Source: an uncultured Dialister sp.
Lineage (GTDB): Bacteria; Bacillota; Negativicutes; Veillonellales; Dialisteraceae
Length of the DNA: 64,000 nt
NCBI GenBank assembly: GCA_900759415.1
Contig: CAAEVC010000155.1
Span: 36,084-100,083, forward strand
Direction of reading: 5' to 3'
Position numbers and translations under genes: made by a program. Below the pieces are notes generated by a model. That model ran no database searches, was not told where the DNA came from, and saw only the letters and a list, made by a program, of their open reading frames with translations. Of the stretch, positions 38,051 through 47,426 are shown one piece after another; position 1 is the first letter of the stretch; each line of letters starts with the position of its first letter.

Positions 38051-38888
38051 TCGTAAGAATCCTTCTGTGAAGAAAGGAACCGGAGAGAGGACTCACCGGG
38101 ATCATTCTCCCAGAAATGACAGAAAATCCTTTAAGGGGAAAGAACATAAATCCTCCGGGGATCCTCTTCTTATCTGCGGGAGAAACAGTGTTATTGAATC
38201 TCTTCACAGCCAGGGAGTGCGCAAGATTTTCATCAAGGAAGGAAAGAAGGACGACCGGCTTCTTTCTATTGCCGCTCTGGCTGAGAAGATGAATGTGCCC
38301 TGTGAAGAAGTGCCGGAAAAGAAGCTCGATGAATGGGCTCCTGATGTGGTCCATCAGGGGGCAGCTGCTCTTTTAAAGCCTTATGAATATGCAGATCTGG
38401 ATCAGGTGATTTCCCTTTGGGAAGGAAAGGATCCTGTACTGATTCTTCTTGACGGGCTTCAGGACGTAAGAAATCTGGGAGCCATCGTAAGGACTGCAGA
38501 ATGTGCAGGCGCAGCGGCTGTGCTTCTTCCAAAACATAAAAGTCCGCCGGTGACGGCAGCAGCTATGAAGACCGCAGCTGGTGCTTTTGCCTACCTTCCT
38601 GTATGCCAGATCGGGAATATCCGTCAGACCCTGGAATATCTGAAGAAAAAAGGATTCTGGGTCATCGGTGCCGATATGGATGGAGAAAGTCTTTACTATG
38701 ATGCCAATCTGAAAGGACCGCTGGTCATTGTCATGGGGGCAGAAGGAAAAGGTGTGAGCCCTCTCACAAAGAAACTGTGTGATTTCATGGTACGTATTCC
38801 GATGAAGGGACATATCTCTTCTTTGAACGTATCAGTAGCAGCAGCCCTTTTGATTTATGAAGCTGCAAAGCAGAGGAACCCTTCATGA
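38037..38888 (+). CDS. rlmB: 23S rRNA (G2251) 2'-O-methyltransferase
   Basis: GRNSV, HQG, RNLGAIVRTA, GAEGKG, SLNVSVA SPOUT motifs. Confidence 0.93.
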   Translation: MKKDNRKNPSVKKGTGERTHRDHSPRNDRKSFKGKEHKSSGDPLLICGRNSVIESLHSQGVRKIFIKEGKKDDRLLSIAALAEKMNVPCEEVPEKKLDEWAPDVVHQGAAALLKPYEYADLDQVISLWEGKDPVLILLDGLQDVRNLGAIVRTAECAGAAAVLLPKHKSPPVTAAAMKTAAGAFAYLPVCQIGNIRQTLEYLKKKGFWVIGADMDGESLYYDANLKGPLVIVMGAEGKGVSPLTKKLCDFMVRIPMKGHISSLNVSVAAALLIYEAAKQRNPS

Positions 38889-39391
38889 AAGATCTTTATC
38901 TGGTAGATGGATATAACGTCATCTTCTGGAAACCGGAAGTCTTTGACAGGACAGATCTGGAATCCAGCCGTAAGAAACTGATTGACCTGATGCAGGATTA
39001 TGGTGCCCATAATGATATCGAGGTGATCATTGTATTCGACGGACAGGGGATGTCCACAAAGGTGAGAATCGAAGAGATTGCCGATTCCTTCACTGTTGTA
39101 TTTACCCCATCCCGCATGACTGCAGACAGCTATATTGAAAAAGAATCGTATCTCAGAAAAGATGAGTACCGTCATATATATGTAGTCACATCAGATGGAC
39201 CGGAACAGAGTCAGGTCCTTGGCAATGGAGCCTATCGGGTGGCGGTAGATGACCTGATGCGGCAGGTCGCGAAGGATAAGGAAGTCCAGTCTACATTCAT
39301 CAGCCATAATAACCGGAAGAATCTGAGAAGTGAAATAGGGAGAGCCCTTCCCAGATCTGTCCAGGAAAAGCTGGACAAATTAAGAAAATAA
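38885..39391 (+). CDS. rae1: NYN-domain ribosome-associated endoribonuclease (YacP/Rae1)
   Basis: LVDGYNVI, IVFDG, TADSYIE, VVTSD; synteny with cysS-mrnC-rlmB. Confidence 0.88.
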   Translation: MKDLYLVDGYNVIFWKPEVFDRTDLESSRKKLIDLMQDYGAHNDIEVIIVFDGQGMSTKVRIEEIADSFTVVFTPSRMTADSYIEKESYLRKDEYRHIYVVTSDGPEQSQVLGNGAYRVAVDDLMRQVAKDKEVQSTFISHNNRKNLRSEIGRALPRSVQEKLDKLRK

Positions 39392-39555
39392 GGATTGAAA
39401 ACACAGAATGGCAGATTCTGATATCTGTAATTCCTGTATTTCTTTATTTTCCCGGTTGACCCTGTTCATGGATTAGTATAAAATAATCTTGATATTGGCG
39501 TTTTATTTAACGAATGATTCTGTCTTGCGGAAGGCAGGATTAAGGAGGATTTAGA

Positions 39556-39792
39556 GTGAAGTACTTTTTAATTGGATTGACATTTGTTATTTCTTTAATG
39601 CTGATCGTAGTTGTAATAGGTCAGGAATCCAAGCAGGCTGGTATGGGCTCTGCACTTGGCGGCGGCGCTGAAAACATGGCTGGTGGAAAGACAAGAGGCA
39701 AGGATGCCGTATTGTCCAAGTTTACCGTTGTCTTCGGTATTTCTTTTGCTGTTCTCTGCCTTGTGCTGGGAAGATATATGAACACTTTCTGA
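39556..39792 (+). CDS. secG: Preprotein translocase subunit SecG
   Basis: Two TM helices with QESKQAGMGSALGGG linker; AAGGAGG RBS; upstream of rnr-smpB. Confidence 0.9.
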   Translation: MKYFLIGLTFVISLMLIVVVIGQESKQAGMGSALGGGAENMAGGKTRGKDAVLSKFTVVFGISFAVLCLVLGRYMNTF

Positions 39793-39923
39793 TAATGATG
39801 GTGGGGGGCTTGCCTGTGCAAGCCTTTTTATTTTGCCCTTGCGGTTGAATCGTATTTCATGTAGTCTAAAGATATAGAAAAGATATTGTTTTACGGGGAA
39901 ACCCTTTCATATGGGAGATATAT

Positions 39924-41966
39924 ATGGAAAAGAAAGAACTGTTATCGTATAAACCAGGGGTTATTCTGCAGGGAACTTACAAATCGTATGGACGTTTTGG
40001 TTTTCTTATCACCGATGATGACCATGAGGACGTTTATATTGCAGAAAAAGACCATCTGAATGCAGTTAATAATGATATTGTAGAAGTTAAAACAAAAAAG
40101 GGAGAAACCGGTCGGCATAATACAGAAGGGGTTATTACGGAAGTCCTTGAAAGGGCAAATGATACTTTTGTATGTACTTACGAAATGACCAGCGACGGGG
40201 GAGATGCCGTACCGATTGATGAAAAAGTGGATATGGTCATCCACATTCCTATTGGTGATGAACTGGAAGCTACTACCGGTGCAAGAGTGGTAGTGGAGGT
40301 CACCCGCTGGCCGGGCCACTGGACTGACGCAGAAGGCAGGGTCAAGGAAATCATCGGATACAAGGGAGATAAGGGACTTGATATAGATATTATCATTGCA
40401 CAGCACAGGCTGCCCCATGTATTTTCCGATGATTTAATGGATGAAGCTGATCATCTTCCAAGAAATATTTCTATGGAAGAAGGGCTGAAAGATTTCAGGG
40501 ATACGCCTATTGTCACCATTGACGGCCCGGATTCCAAGGATCTGGACGATGCGGTTTACTGTGAAAAGAAGGAAAACGGACATTTCCGGCTGGAAGTCCA
40601 TATTGCCGATGTATCCCGCTATGTGAAGAAAGGTTCTCTTCTCGATGATGAAGCTTATAGAAGAGGAACCAGTGTGTATCTGGCTGACCGGGTCATCCCG
40701 ATGCTGCCATTCCAGCTGTCCAATGATCTCTGCAGCCTTAATCATGATGAGGACCGGTATGCCATGTCCTGCATTATGGATGTATCGCCTGATGGAAGTG
40801 TAAAGACAGAATGCATTTCCCCATCCATCGTACGGGTGGCAAGAAGATGCAGCTATCCGGAAATCAATAAAGCTTTTGAGGAAGGTCTTGCGACCGAAGA
40901 TCTAAAACTTCACCTTCCCATGCTCTATGATCTGAAGGAATGTGCGGAAGCGCTCCGAAAGAACCGCCACCTGCGGGGGGCTCTAGATTTTGATTTCCCG
41001 GAATACAAGGTCGTTCTCGATGAAGAAGGCACGCCCCTCCGTATTGAAAAAAGAATCCGGGGCGATGCGGAGCGAATGATTGAAGACAGCATGATCGCCG
41101 CCAATGAAGCGGTAGCCCGTTTCCTTGAAAAGACAGGTCATACTTCTATCTACCGCGTCCATGATCATCCTGATGAAGAGAAACTGGATTCCTTAAAGCG
41201 GTTAATGGCTATTATGGGCCTTTCCATCCATATTCCTGAAAAGGCTGAACCAAAAGATATTCAAAAACTTCTGGAAACTGTGAAAGGAAATGATCTGGAA
41301 TCGGTAGTTCAGGTAATGACCCTCCGCTCCCTGCCGCAGGCCTGCTACAGCACAGATAACATAGGACACTTCGGCATTGCCAGCACCTGTTATACCCACT
41401 TTACATCGCCTATCCGCCGCTATCCGGATCTCATTGTGCATCGGCTCATCCGCCAGGCTATCCATGATGACATGAGCAAGGCAGCGAGAAAGAAGCAGAC
41501 CGAATTCCTGCTGAGAGCTGCAGATCACTGCTCTGAAACAGAGAAGAATGCCACAGATACAGAACGGGATGTAGACGATTTAAAGATGACAGAATACATG
41601 GTTCCCTTCGTGGGAGAACCATTCGATGCCCATATCACCGGGATTACAAAGTTTGGTATCTTTGTGGGCCTTGATAACGGAGTAGAAGGCCTTATCCATG
41701 TAAGTGCCATGGATGATGATGAATACATCTATCATGAAGATACCATGACTATGACTGGAAGATTCTCCGGTACCGTCTATGCCATGGGCATGCCGGTCAG
41801 GGTCACTCTGGTCAAGGCGGATAAGGAAAGACGGGAAATCGATTTCATCCTTGGGGAAATCCATTCTCCTCTGAATTTAGAGAAGAAAACAAGAAGTTCA
41901 TCGAAATCCCATTCCAGGAAGAAACTGAAGAAAGACAAGAAGCAGGCAAAAGGCAGAAAAAAATAA
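39924..41966 (+). CDS. rnr: Ribonuclease R
   Basis: TIDGPDSKDLDDA, HIADVS, HFTSPIRRYPDL, S1 domain, basic tail. Confidence 0.95.
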   Translation: MEKKELLSYKPGVILQGTYKSYGRFGFLITDDDHEDVYIAEKDHLNAVNNDIVEVKTKKGETGRHNTEGVITEVLERANDTFVCTYEMTSDGGDAVPIDEKVDMVIHIPIGDELEATTGARVVVEVTRWPGHWTDAEGRVKEIIGYKGDKGLDIDIIIAQHRLPHVFSDDLMDEADHLPRNISMEEGLKDFRDTPIVTIDGPDSKDLDDAVYCEKKENGHFRLEVHIADVSRYVKKGSLLDDEAYRRGTSVYLADRVIPMLPFQLSNDLCSLNHDEDRYAMSCIMDVSPDGSVKTECISPSIVRVARRCSYPEINKAFEEGLATEDLKLHLPMLYDLKECAEALRKNRHLRGALDFDFPEYKVVLDEEGTPLRIEKRIRGDAERMIEDSMIAANEAVARFLEKTGHTSIYRVHDHPDEEKLDSLKRLMAIMGLSIHIPEKAEPKDIQKLLETVKGNDLESVVQVMTLRSLPQACYSTDNIGHFGIASTCYTHFTSPIRRYPDLIVHRLIRQAIHDDMSKAARKKQTEFLLRAADHCSETEKNATDTERDVDDLKMTEYMVPFVGEPFDAHITGITKFGIFVGLDNGVEGLIHVSAMDDDEYIYHEDTMTMTGRFSGTVYAMGMPVRVTLVKADKERREIDFILGEIHSPLNLEKKTRSSSKSHSRKKLKKDKKQAKGRKK

Positions 41967-41985
41967 AAATAATCAGGAGGACTGA

Positions 41986-42468
41986 ATGGCCAGCATTAAG
42001 GGAAAATCTGCGCCGCCGGTAATTTCAAACCGGCAGGCTCATCATAATTATTTTGTTCATGAAACCTATGAATGCGGTATCGCACTTACAGGAACTGAAG
42101 TGAAATCCATCAGAGCGGGAAAGGTGAATCTGAGAGACAGTTTTGCCAAAATAGAAAAGGGAGAAGTGTATCTCTGGAATGCCCATATCAGTCCCTATGA
42201 ACAGGGAAATATTTTTAATCATGATCCGGTGCGTACAAGAAAACTTCTTCTCCATAAACAGGAAATCCGTAAAATTGAGATGAAGCTCAAAACGAAAGGA
42301 TACACCCTGATTCCTCTGAAAATGTATTTCAAACATGGAAAAGTCAAGGTGGAAATCGGTACGGCTACCGGTAAAAAGCTGTATGATAAACGGCAGGATA
42401 TGGCTGAAAATGCAGCTAAACGGGATCTGAACAGAAGAATCAAAGAACAGAGATATGACTGGAGATAA
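41986..42468 (+). CDS. smpB: SsrA-binding protein
   Basis: [30 protein letters not shown]. Confidence 0.96.
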   Translation: MASIKGKSAPPVISNRQAHHNYFVHETYECGIALTGTEVKSIRAGKVNLRDSFAKIEKGEVYLWNAHISPYEQGNIFNHDPVRTRKLLLHKQEIRKIEMKLKTKGYTLIPLKMYFKHGKVKVEIGTATGKKLYDKRQDMAENAAKRDLNRRIKEQRYDWR

Positions 42469-42475
42469 TAGAAAT

Positions 42476-42503
42476 GGAGGGGCTGTGAAATACAGTCCCT
42501 CTT
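42476..42503. repeat. Short member of the palindromic element family / terminator after smpB
   Basis: GGAGGGGCTGTGAAATACAGTCCCTCTT. Confidence 0.55.
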
Positions 42504-42695
42504 CGATTCTTAAAAACAGTCATTACCGGTACATGGAAATTTTGTTTTCAGAATCTATGGAAAGCATTTCCGACACCTGGGAAATATTTATGGCGGGATA
42601 CACTTTTGCATTTTGTAAATAACTGCTATAATAAGCTAATACGAAATCTGAAACGTGTGAAGAATTTGCAACAACGGACTGTAAAAGGAGTAACG

Positions 42696-43502
42696 ATGGA
42701 AAAAGAGAAGAAACCTTTTCACAAGGGAAAGAAAGCTTTTCATAAAGGCAGAAGGAACGAACAGGGAAAAGGATTCAGAAGAAGAAAACTGGAACCAGGT
42801 GTAGAATTTGAAGACCGCAGGCTGGGTGTCGGAATCGTCAGAAAACTGACAGATGATGGCATTGTTGTAGCTTTTGGCGATGTGGAAAAAGTGATTCCCA
42901 GAAAGAAAAGAGAGTTTTCCGGTAAGAGTGCGGTGAACAGAGCTCCCCGGGAAAGAACTGAGAAAAAGGAAATTTTAACTTTCCATGTCAATCCGGAAAG
43001 AACAGACCATAAAAAAGAACATCCCATCCGGAAGAAAGAAGCGGTTGTCGGACTGGAAGTCACCGATGAAACTCTGGGAAAAGGTACAGTCAGCCGTATT
43101 ACAGAACGGGGCGTATATGTCACTTATGAAACTACCGGTGAACATGTGCTGTATCCTGTAGGACTTCCGGCAAAGCTTTTAAACAGTGCATTCCCAAAGA
43201 CAAGAAAAGAAAACAAGGCGGAATCACCGAAGGGTAAGGGAAGGACCTATAGAGTTCCTGAAAAGCAGGAAAAAGTTCAGAAAAAAGTGGCGGCTCATAC
43301 CGCCAGAGAGACCCACAGGGGAAATACGCATTACATTGAACTGGGAGAGGGGACTCTCGTATATTCTCCTCTTTATGGAGAAGGAACTATTTCAGAAATT
43401 GCAGATGGTCATATGACTGTTGAATTCCAGGATGATACAAAAGACTTTGTTTACCCCAATGCTTTTGCTGATGGAAGTATCTCTGTTGTAGAAAAAGAAT
43501 AA
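42696..43502 (+). CDS. Basic hypothetical protein with three small beta-rich (Tudor/SH3-like) repeats
   Basis: Three G-x-x-V/F-x-D/S-x-x-L/Y-G-x-G-x-V/I...V-x-F/Y units separated by K/R/E-rich linkers; AAGGAG RBS at ATG 42696. Confidence 0.75.
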   Translation: MEKEKKPFHKGKKAFHKGRRNEQGKGFRRRKLEPGVEFEDRRLGVGIVRKLTDDGIVVAFGDVEKVIPRKKREFSGKSAVNRAPRERTEKKEILTFHVNPERTDHKKEHPIRKKEAVVGLEVTDETLGKGTVSRITERGVYVTYETTGEHVLYPVGLPAKLLNSAFPKTRKENKAESPKGKGRTYRVPEKQEKVQKKVAAHTARETHRGNTHYIELGEGTLVYSPLYGEGTISEIADGHMTVEFQDDTKDFVYPNAFADGSISVVEKE

Positions 43503-43595
43503 AACCAGTCAGATGCACCGGAAGGTGCATCTTTTTCATAATAAAAGAAGCTGCTCAGATGAATTGTCATTTGAGCAGCTTCTCAGTTTTTCTGA

Positions 43596-44138
43596 TTATT
43601 TCTTCTCCATCAGAATGTAACCTTCATCTCTCTTGAAAGGTTCACTCATGTCGATCTGGAACTGGAGAGGTTTTCCTTCTGCTGTCAGTACTACCTGACG
43701 GATATTCGGGAACTCCGTTAATGTATCCACCGTCATGGCTATGAAGAGAGTCTGAACGGTAGAACCCTGAATATCGTTGGCTTCTTTATTGAAGTTTACG
43801 TAGGCAGTACCGTTTTCAATAGAAATGTTCTTCAATGAAAGACCTGCAGGGAGGATAGGATATTTTGCCTTCCTGTCTGCGCGGAGCATTTCTTCGATGG
43901 CCGTTTTTGCAGTATTATCCTTTGCCGGTACCTTCTTTGTCACAGGAATCAGCTTCATACCATCATCCGAAGATTTGTAATAGTGAAGGGTAGCCTCTTT
44001 TTCTGCAGGTACCTGAAGAGAAGAGGATGATTCTGGTGACAGATTTTTTGAAGTCTGGTGACTGGTGTTTAAACCGCATCCGGAAATAATCAGCATGCAG
44101 GAGAGCGCCAGCGGGATCCATAATTTTCTTTTATTCAT
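43596..44138 (-). CDS. GerMN domain lipoprotein
   Basis: Lipobox IISGC; LPAGLSL, GTAYVNF, VDTLTEFPNIRQV...EGK GerMN pattern. Confidence 0.85.
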   Translation of the reverse strand: MNKRKLWIPLALSCMLIISGCGLNTSHQTSKNLSPESSSSLQVPAEKEATLHYYKSSDDGMKLIPVTKKVPAKDNTAKTAIEEMLRADRKAKYPILPAGLSLKNISIENGTAYVNFNKEANDIQGSTVQTLFIAMTVDTLTEFPNIRQVVLTAEGKPLQFQIDMSEPFKRDEGYILMEKK

Positions 44139-44150
44139 ATCGGTCTCTCC

Positions 44151-45299
44151 TTAATCAACTGCAGCAAAATAATTAACTAATCCGTTGAACAGGCTCTGGG
44201 CAATGCTCTTTGGCGCCCATTTGGATGTAAGCATTTTAGCCCGGTGATTGTTGGTGATGAATCCCATTTCCATAAGGACGGAAGGCATGGCAGTATGTAC
44301 ATTTACATAGAAATCATTGGACCGCACACCTCTGTCAGGAATGGCAAGGGAATTCTGAGTAGCCTGATGCATCATCTGCGCCAGGAGAAGGTCTTTGGAG
44401 CTTTTTGCATTGTAGTAGGTAGTAGTGCCATCTACAGAAGAATTGGCAAAGGAATCAATATGGATAGAAACGAAAGCATCTGCATGAGCTTCGTTGGCAA
44501 TATCGCAGCGTGCCTGCAGTTCTGTTGCTGCGTCGGCCCATGGGCCGTATACATCTTTATCCACATCTCTGGTCATGACTACTTTGGCACCGGCAGAGGT
44601 CAGCATATCGCGAAGGGGAATGGCAATGGAAAGGGTGATGTCCTTTTCATATATGTCTTTGGTTCCCACATGGCCGATAGCACCTACATCTGAACCGCCG
44701 TGGCCAGGATCTATGCAGATGATTTTTCCCTTCAGGATATTCTTTGCATCTGAAGGAACTTTGTATTTCTTGATTGCAGGAGATTTCTGATTAGAAGGGA
44801 TATAGGCTTTTTGGTTGTCGGTGCTCTTACTGCTGTCTGTACTCTTCTTCTTGTATGTCTGATGAGCTCCGATGACCGGAATGTCAATAACCAGACGATG
44901 TGGTTTCTTTAACTTTGCATCCGGACGGAGGGCAAAAACCCGGATATCATCGATTTTCTGCTCCTTACTGAGCGCCACATCCAGATAGGTATCTCCATCT
45001 TTTTCAGACAGGGTAGCAAAGTCGATGGCTCTGGGATCCATTTCATACTGGGGAGATGCTTTCCCCATGGATGTATTTTTCAGGATGACTTCAAAATTTT
45101 TGCCTTTATCATCAAGGGCTGCTTCTGCGTGAACCGCTTTGGACAGATCCATGGCAATACGGACGAAGGGGGGATCCCCGTCATTTCTTGATGTCCAGCG
45201 GAAATCGGTGATTTCCGCATTTTTAGCCATTGCATGACTCCCGAGGGGGAGAAAAAGTAAAACTAAAAAGGCAAATAACAGACGGAATATCTTTTCCAT
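44151..45299 (-). CDS. N-acetylmuramoyl-L-alanine amidase (AMIN-like N-domain + Amidase_3)
   Basis: Signal peptide; RLVIDI; IDPGHGGSDVGA, EKDITL, FVSIH, PSVLMEMGFITN. Confidence 0.92.
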   Translation of the reverse strand: MEKIFRLLFAFLVLLFLPLGSHAMAKNAEITDFRWTSRNDGDPPFVRIAMDLSKAVHAEAALDDKGKNFEVILKNTSMGKASPQYEMDPRAIDFATLSEKDGDTYLDVALSKEQKIDDIRVFALRPDAKLKKPHRLVIDIPVIGAHQTYKKKSTDSSKSTDNQKAYIPSNQKSPAIKKYKVPSDAKNILKGKIICIDPGHGGSDVGAIGHVGTKDIYEKDITLSIAIPLRDMLTSAGAKVVMTRDVDKDVYGPWADAATELQARCDIANEAHADAFVSIHIDSFANSSVDGTTTYYNAKSSKDLLLAQMMHQATQNSLAIPDRGVRSNDFYVNVHTAMPSVLMEMGFITNNHRAKMLTSKWAPKSIAQSLFNGLVNYFAAVD

Positions 45300-45550
45300 A
45301 ATAGTCCTTTCTTTCTTATACTGTATTTCTGTATATCCATACTATATTTATAAATATATTTTTTATTATATCACAGGGATATGCATATGGCTTTATCAGA
45401 ATAGCGGAAAATACGGGTTTTTCTCATTTTTACCTATTGTAATTCATTCTATTTTCCGGTAAAGTATAGCAAAACGAAGGAAACAGTAGTAAAATATTAG
45501 TGTATTGCCAAAATAAGGATTTACAGGCATTTATTAAAGAGGTATATAAA

Positions 45551-46438
45551 GTGAATTTATTTCGCATATGTAAAAAGAAAGCAGTTCTCATTTCTGCAGC
45601 TGCTACACTGTCCCTTTTTGCCCTTACAGGATGTGGAGCAGAAAAGGCAGAAAAGACATCTCCAGTACCGTCTGCAACTGCCGCAGTGGCACAGACAGAT
45701 CTGAAACCCGGTGTGGCTGCAGTGAAGAGGGATCCTTCTGTCAAATACAGCGTTCCGGAAGGCGTTTCTGTTCTGATGTATCATATGATTGGAGATCAGC
45801 AGGGGAATGCGGCTATTATGAGTGAAGCAAATCTCCGGATGCAGATGAATTATCTGAAGGATCACGGCTATCATCCCATTACCATGCAGGAACTTTACGA
45901 TTATGTGACCAAGGGAGCACCGCTTCCGGAAAAACCGGTCTGCATCACCTTCGATGACGGGTATCTGGACAGTTACACCATTGTTTATCCGCTGATGAAA
46001 GAATATGGATTCCCCTGGACTTTATTCGTAATTACCGATGACGTTGGTAAGCCCCATAACAGGATGACCTGGGCACAGCTCAAAGAAATGGCAGACAGCC
46101 ATACGGTGACCATTTCAAACCATACGCTTTCCCATCCAAAGCTTCATAATCTGAAAACCGCAGCAGAAAAGAGCAAGGAAATCGTGGAAGCCAATCAGGC
46201 TTTGAAATATCATCTGGGAATTGATAATTACTGGCTTGCCTACCCCTATGGCGACTATGATGATGAAGTGATTGAAATCTGTAAAAAAGCAGGAATCAAG
46301 ATGGCTGTTACTACAGATTCAGGAAGAGTTCATGTAGGCAGCTATCCTTATGATCTGAAGCGGGTTTACATTGGAAATGATATTTCCATCGCCCGTTTTT
46401 CCGAACGGCTGAATAAGGATAATTATGCTCCCGTTTAA
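45551..46438 (+). CDS. Polysaccharide deacetylase (CE4) lipoprotein
   Basis: Lipobox ALTGC; VLMYH, ITFDDGY, NHTLSH, AYPYG. Confidence 0.9.
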   Translation: MNLFRICKKKAVLISAAATLSLFALTGCGAEKAEKTSPVPSATAAVAQTDLKPGVAAVKRDPSVKYSVPEGVSVLMYHMIGDQQGNAAIMSEANLRMQMNYLKDHGYHPITMQELYDYVTKGAPLPEKPVCITFDDGYLDSYTIVYPLMKEYGFPWTLFVITDDVGKPHNRMTWAQLKEMADSHTVTISNHTLSHPKLHNLKTAAEKSKEIVEANQALKYHLGIDNYWLAYPYGDYDDEVIEICKKAGIKMAVTTDSGRVHVGSYPYDLKRVYIGNDISIARFSERLNKDNYAPV

Positions 46439-46468
46439 TTCAGAATCAGTATTTGCTTAGGAGAAAAA

Positions 46469-47416
46469 ATGAAACGTATATTTCACAGTTTTATTTTTAA
46501 GTTTATTGTTGTGACTCTCCTGTTCTTTATTCTGACTTCGCCGATTGTGGTTCTCTTCGGTCCCTTTGGAAATCTGAAAAGAGCAGTGGTAGGTGCAATC
46601 ATCAGATCCCGGCATCCTCAGTACATTACCTGGCTTTATTCTCAGGATGAACTGAATTCCATTCTCGGGGTCGTTAAAACCACAGATACACAGAAGATGT
46701 TTTCCTTTAAACCGAGAACAGATTCTTCACTTAAATTGAAGAAAATAGAAACATCCCGTTTTGTAGGATACCTTCTGGAAATTCCGAATCCAACCAGAGT
46801 ACAGGTGGCCACTGCAGAAGATATTAATGAAAAGGGCGATACCACCAGTAATATTGCAAAGATGAATAATGCGGTAGCTGCCATTAACGGCGGCGGATTC
46901 TATGATCCAAACGGTACTGGTACAGGACGTCTTCCTTACGGATTTATCCTTCACGAAGGCAAGTATCTCTTAGGCCAGCAGGTGGATGATAATGAAAAGG
47001 TTGATTTCGTAGGTATGACAAAGAGTGGCAACCTCATCGCCGGCAATTATAACAAAAGACAGCTTAGAGAATTAGGGGCAGTAGAAGGGCTTACCTTTGG
47101 ACCGCCGCTGATTATTAATGGTGAGAAGGTCATTAAGAATGGTGATGGCGGCTGGGGTATTTCACCGCGGTCTGCTATCGGACAGAAAAAAGATGGTACT
47201 ATCCTGTTCCTCGTTATTGACGGACGTCAGCCTGGATACAGTATCGGTGCCACCCTTGTGGATTCCCAGAATATTCTTTACGAAAATGGTGCCTATATTG
47301 CAGCCAATCTGGATGGCGGTTCCTCCACCACGCTTTATTATAATGGCAAAGTAGTGAATAAACCGGCAGATCTTCTGGGTGAACGTATGATTCCTACTGC
47401 ATTTATTGTTAAATAA
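46469..47416 (+). CDS. Phosphodiester glycosidase (NAGPA-like) family protein
   Basis: AAINGGGF, FGPPLI, PRSAIGQ, VIDGRQ, NLDGGSST. Confidence 0.88.
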   Translation: MKRIFHSFIFKFIVVTLLFFILTSPIVVLFGPFGNLKRAVVGAIIRSRHPQYITWLYSQDELNSILGVVKTTDTQKMFSFKPRTDSSLKLKKIETSRFVGYLLEIPNPTRVQVATAEDINEKGDTTSNIAKMNNAVAAINGGGFYDPNGTGTGRLPYGFILHEGKYLLGQQVDDNEKVDFVGMTKSGNLIAGNYNKRQLRELGAVEGLTFGPPLIINGEKVIKNGDGGWGISPRSAIGQKKDGTILFLVIDGRQPGYSIGATLVDSQNILYENGAYIAANLDGGSSTTLYYNGKVVNKPADLLGERMIPTAFIVK

Positions 47417-47426
47417 GGAGGAACTT

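Noticed and set aside
42470..42690. Possible tmRNA (ssrA) after smpB
   Set aside because: No tRNA-like GGGG...TCCACCA ends and the space is too short
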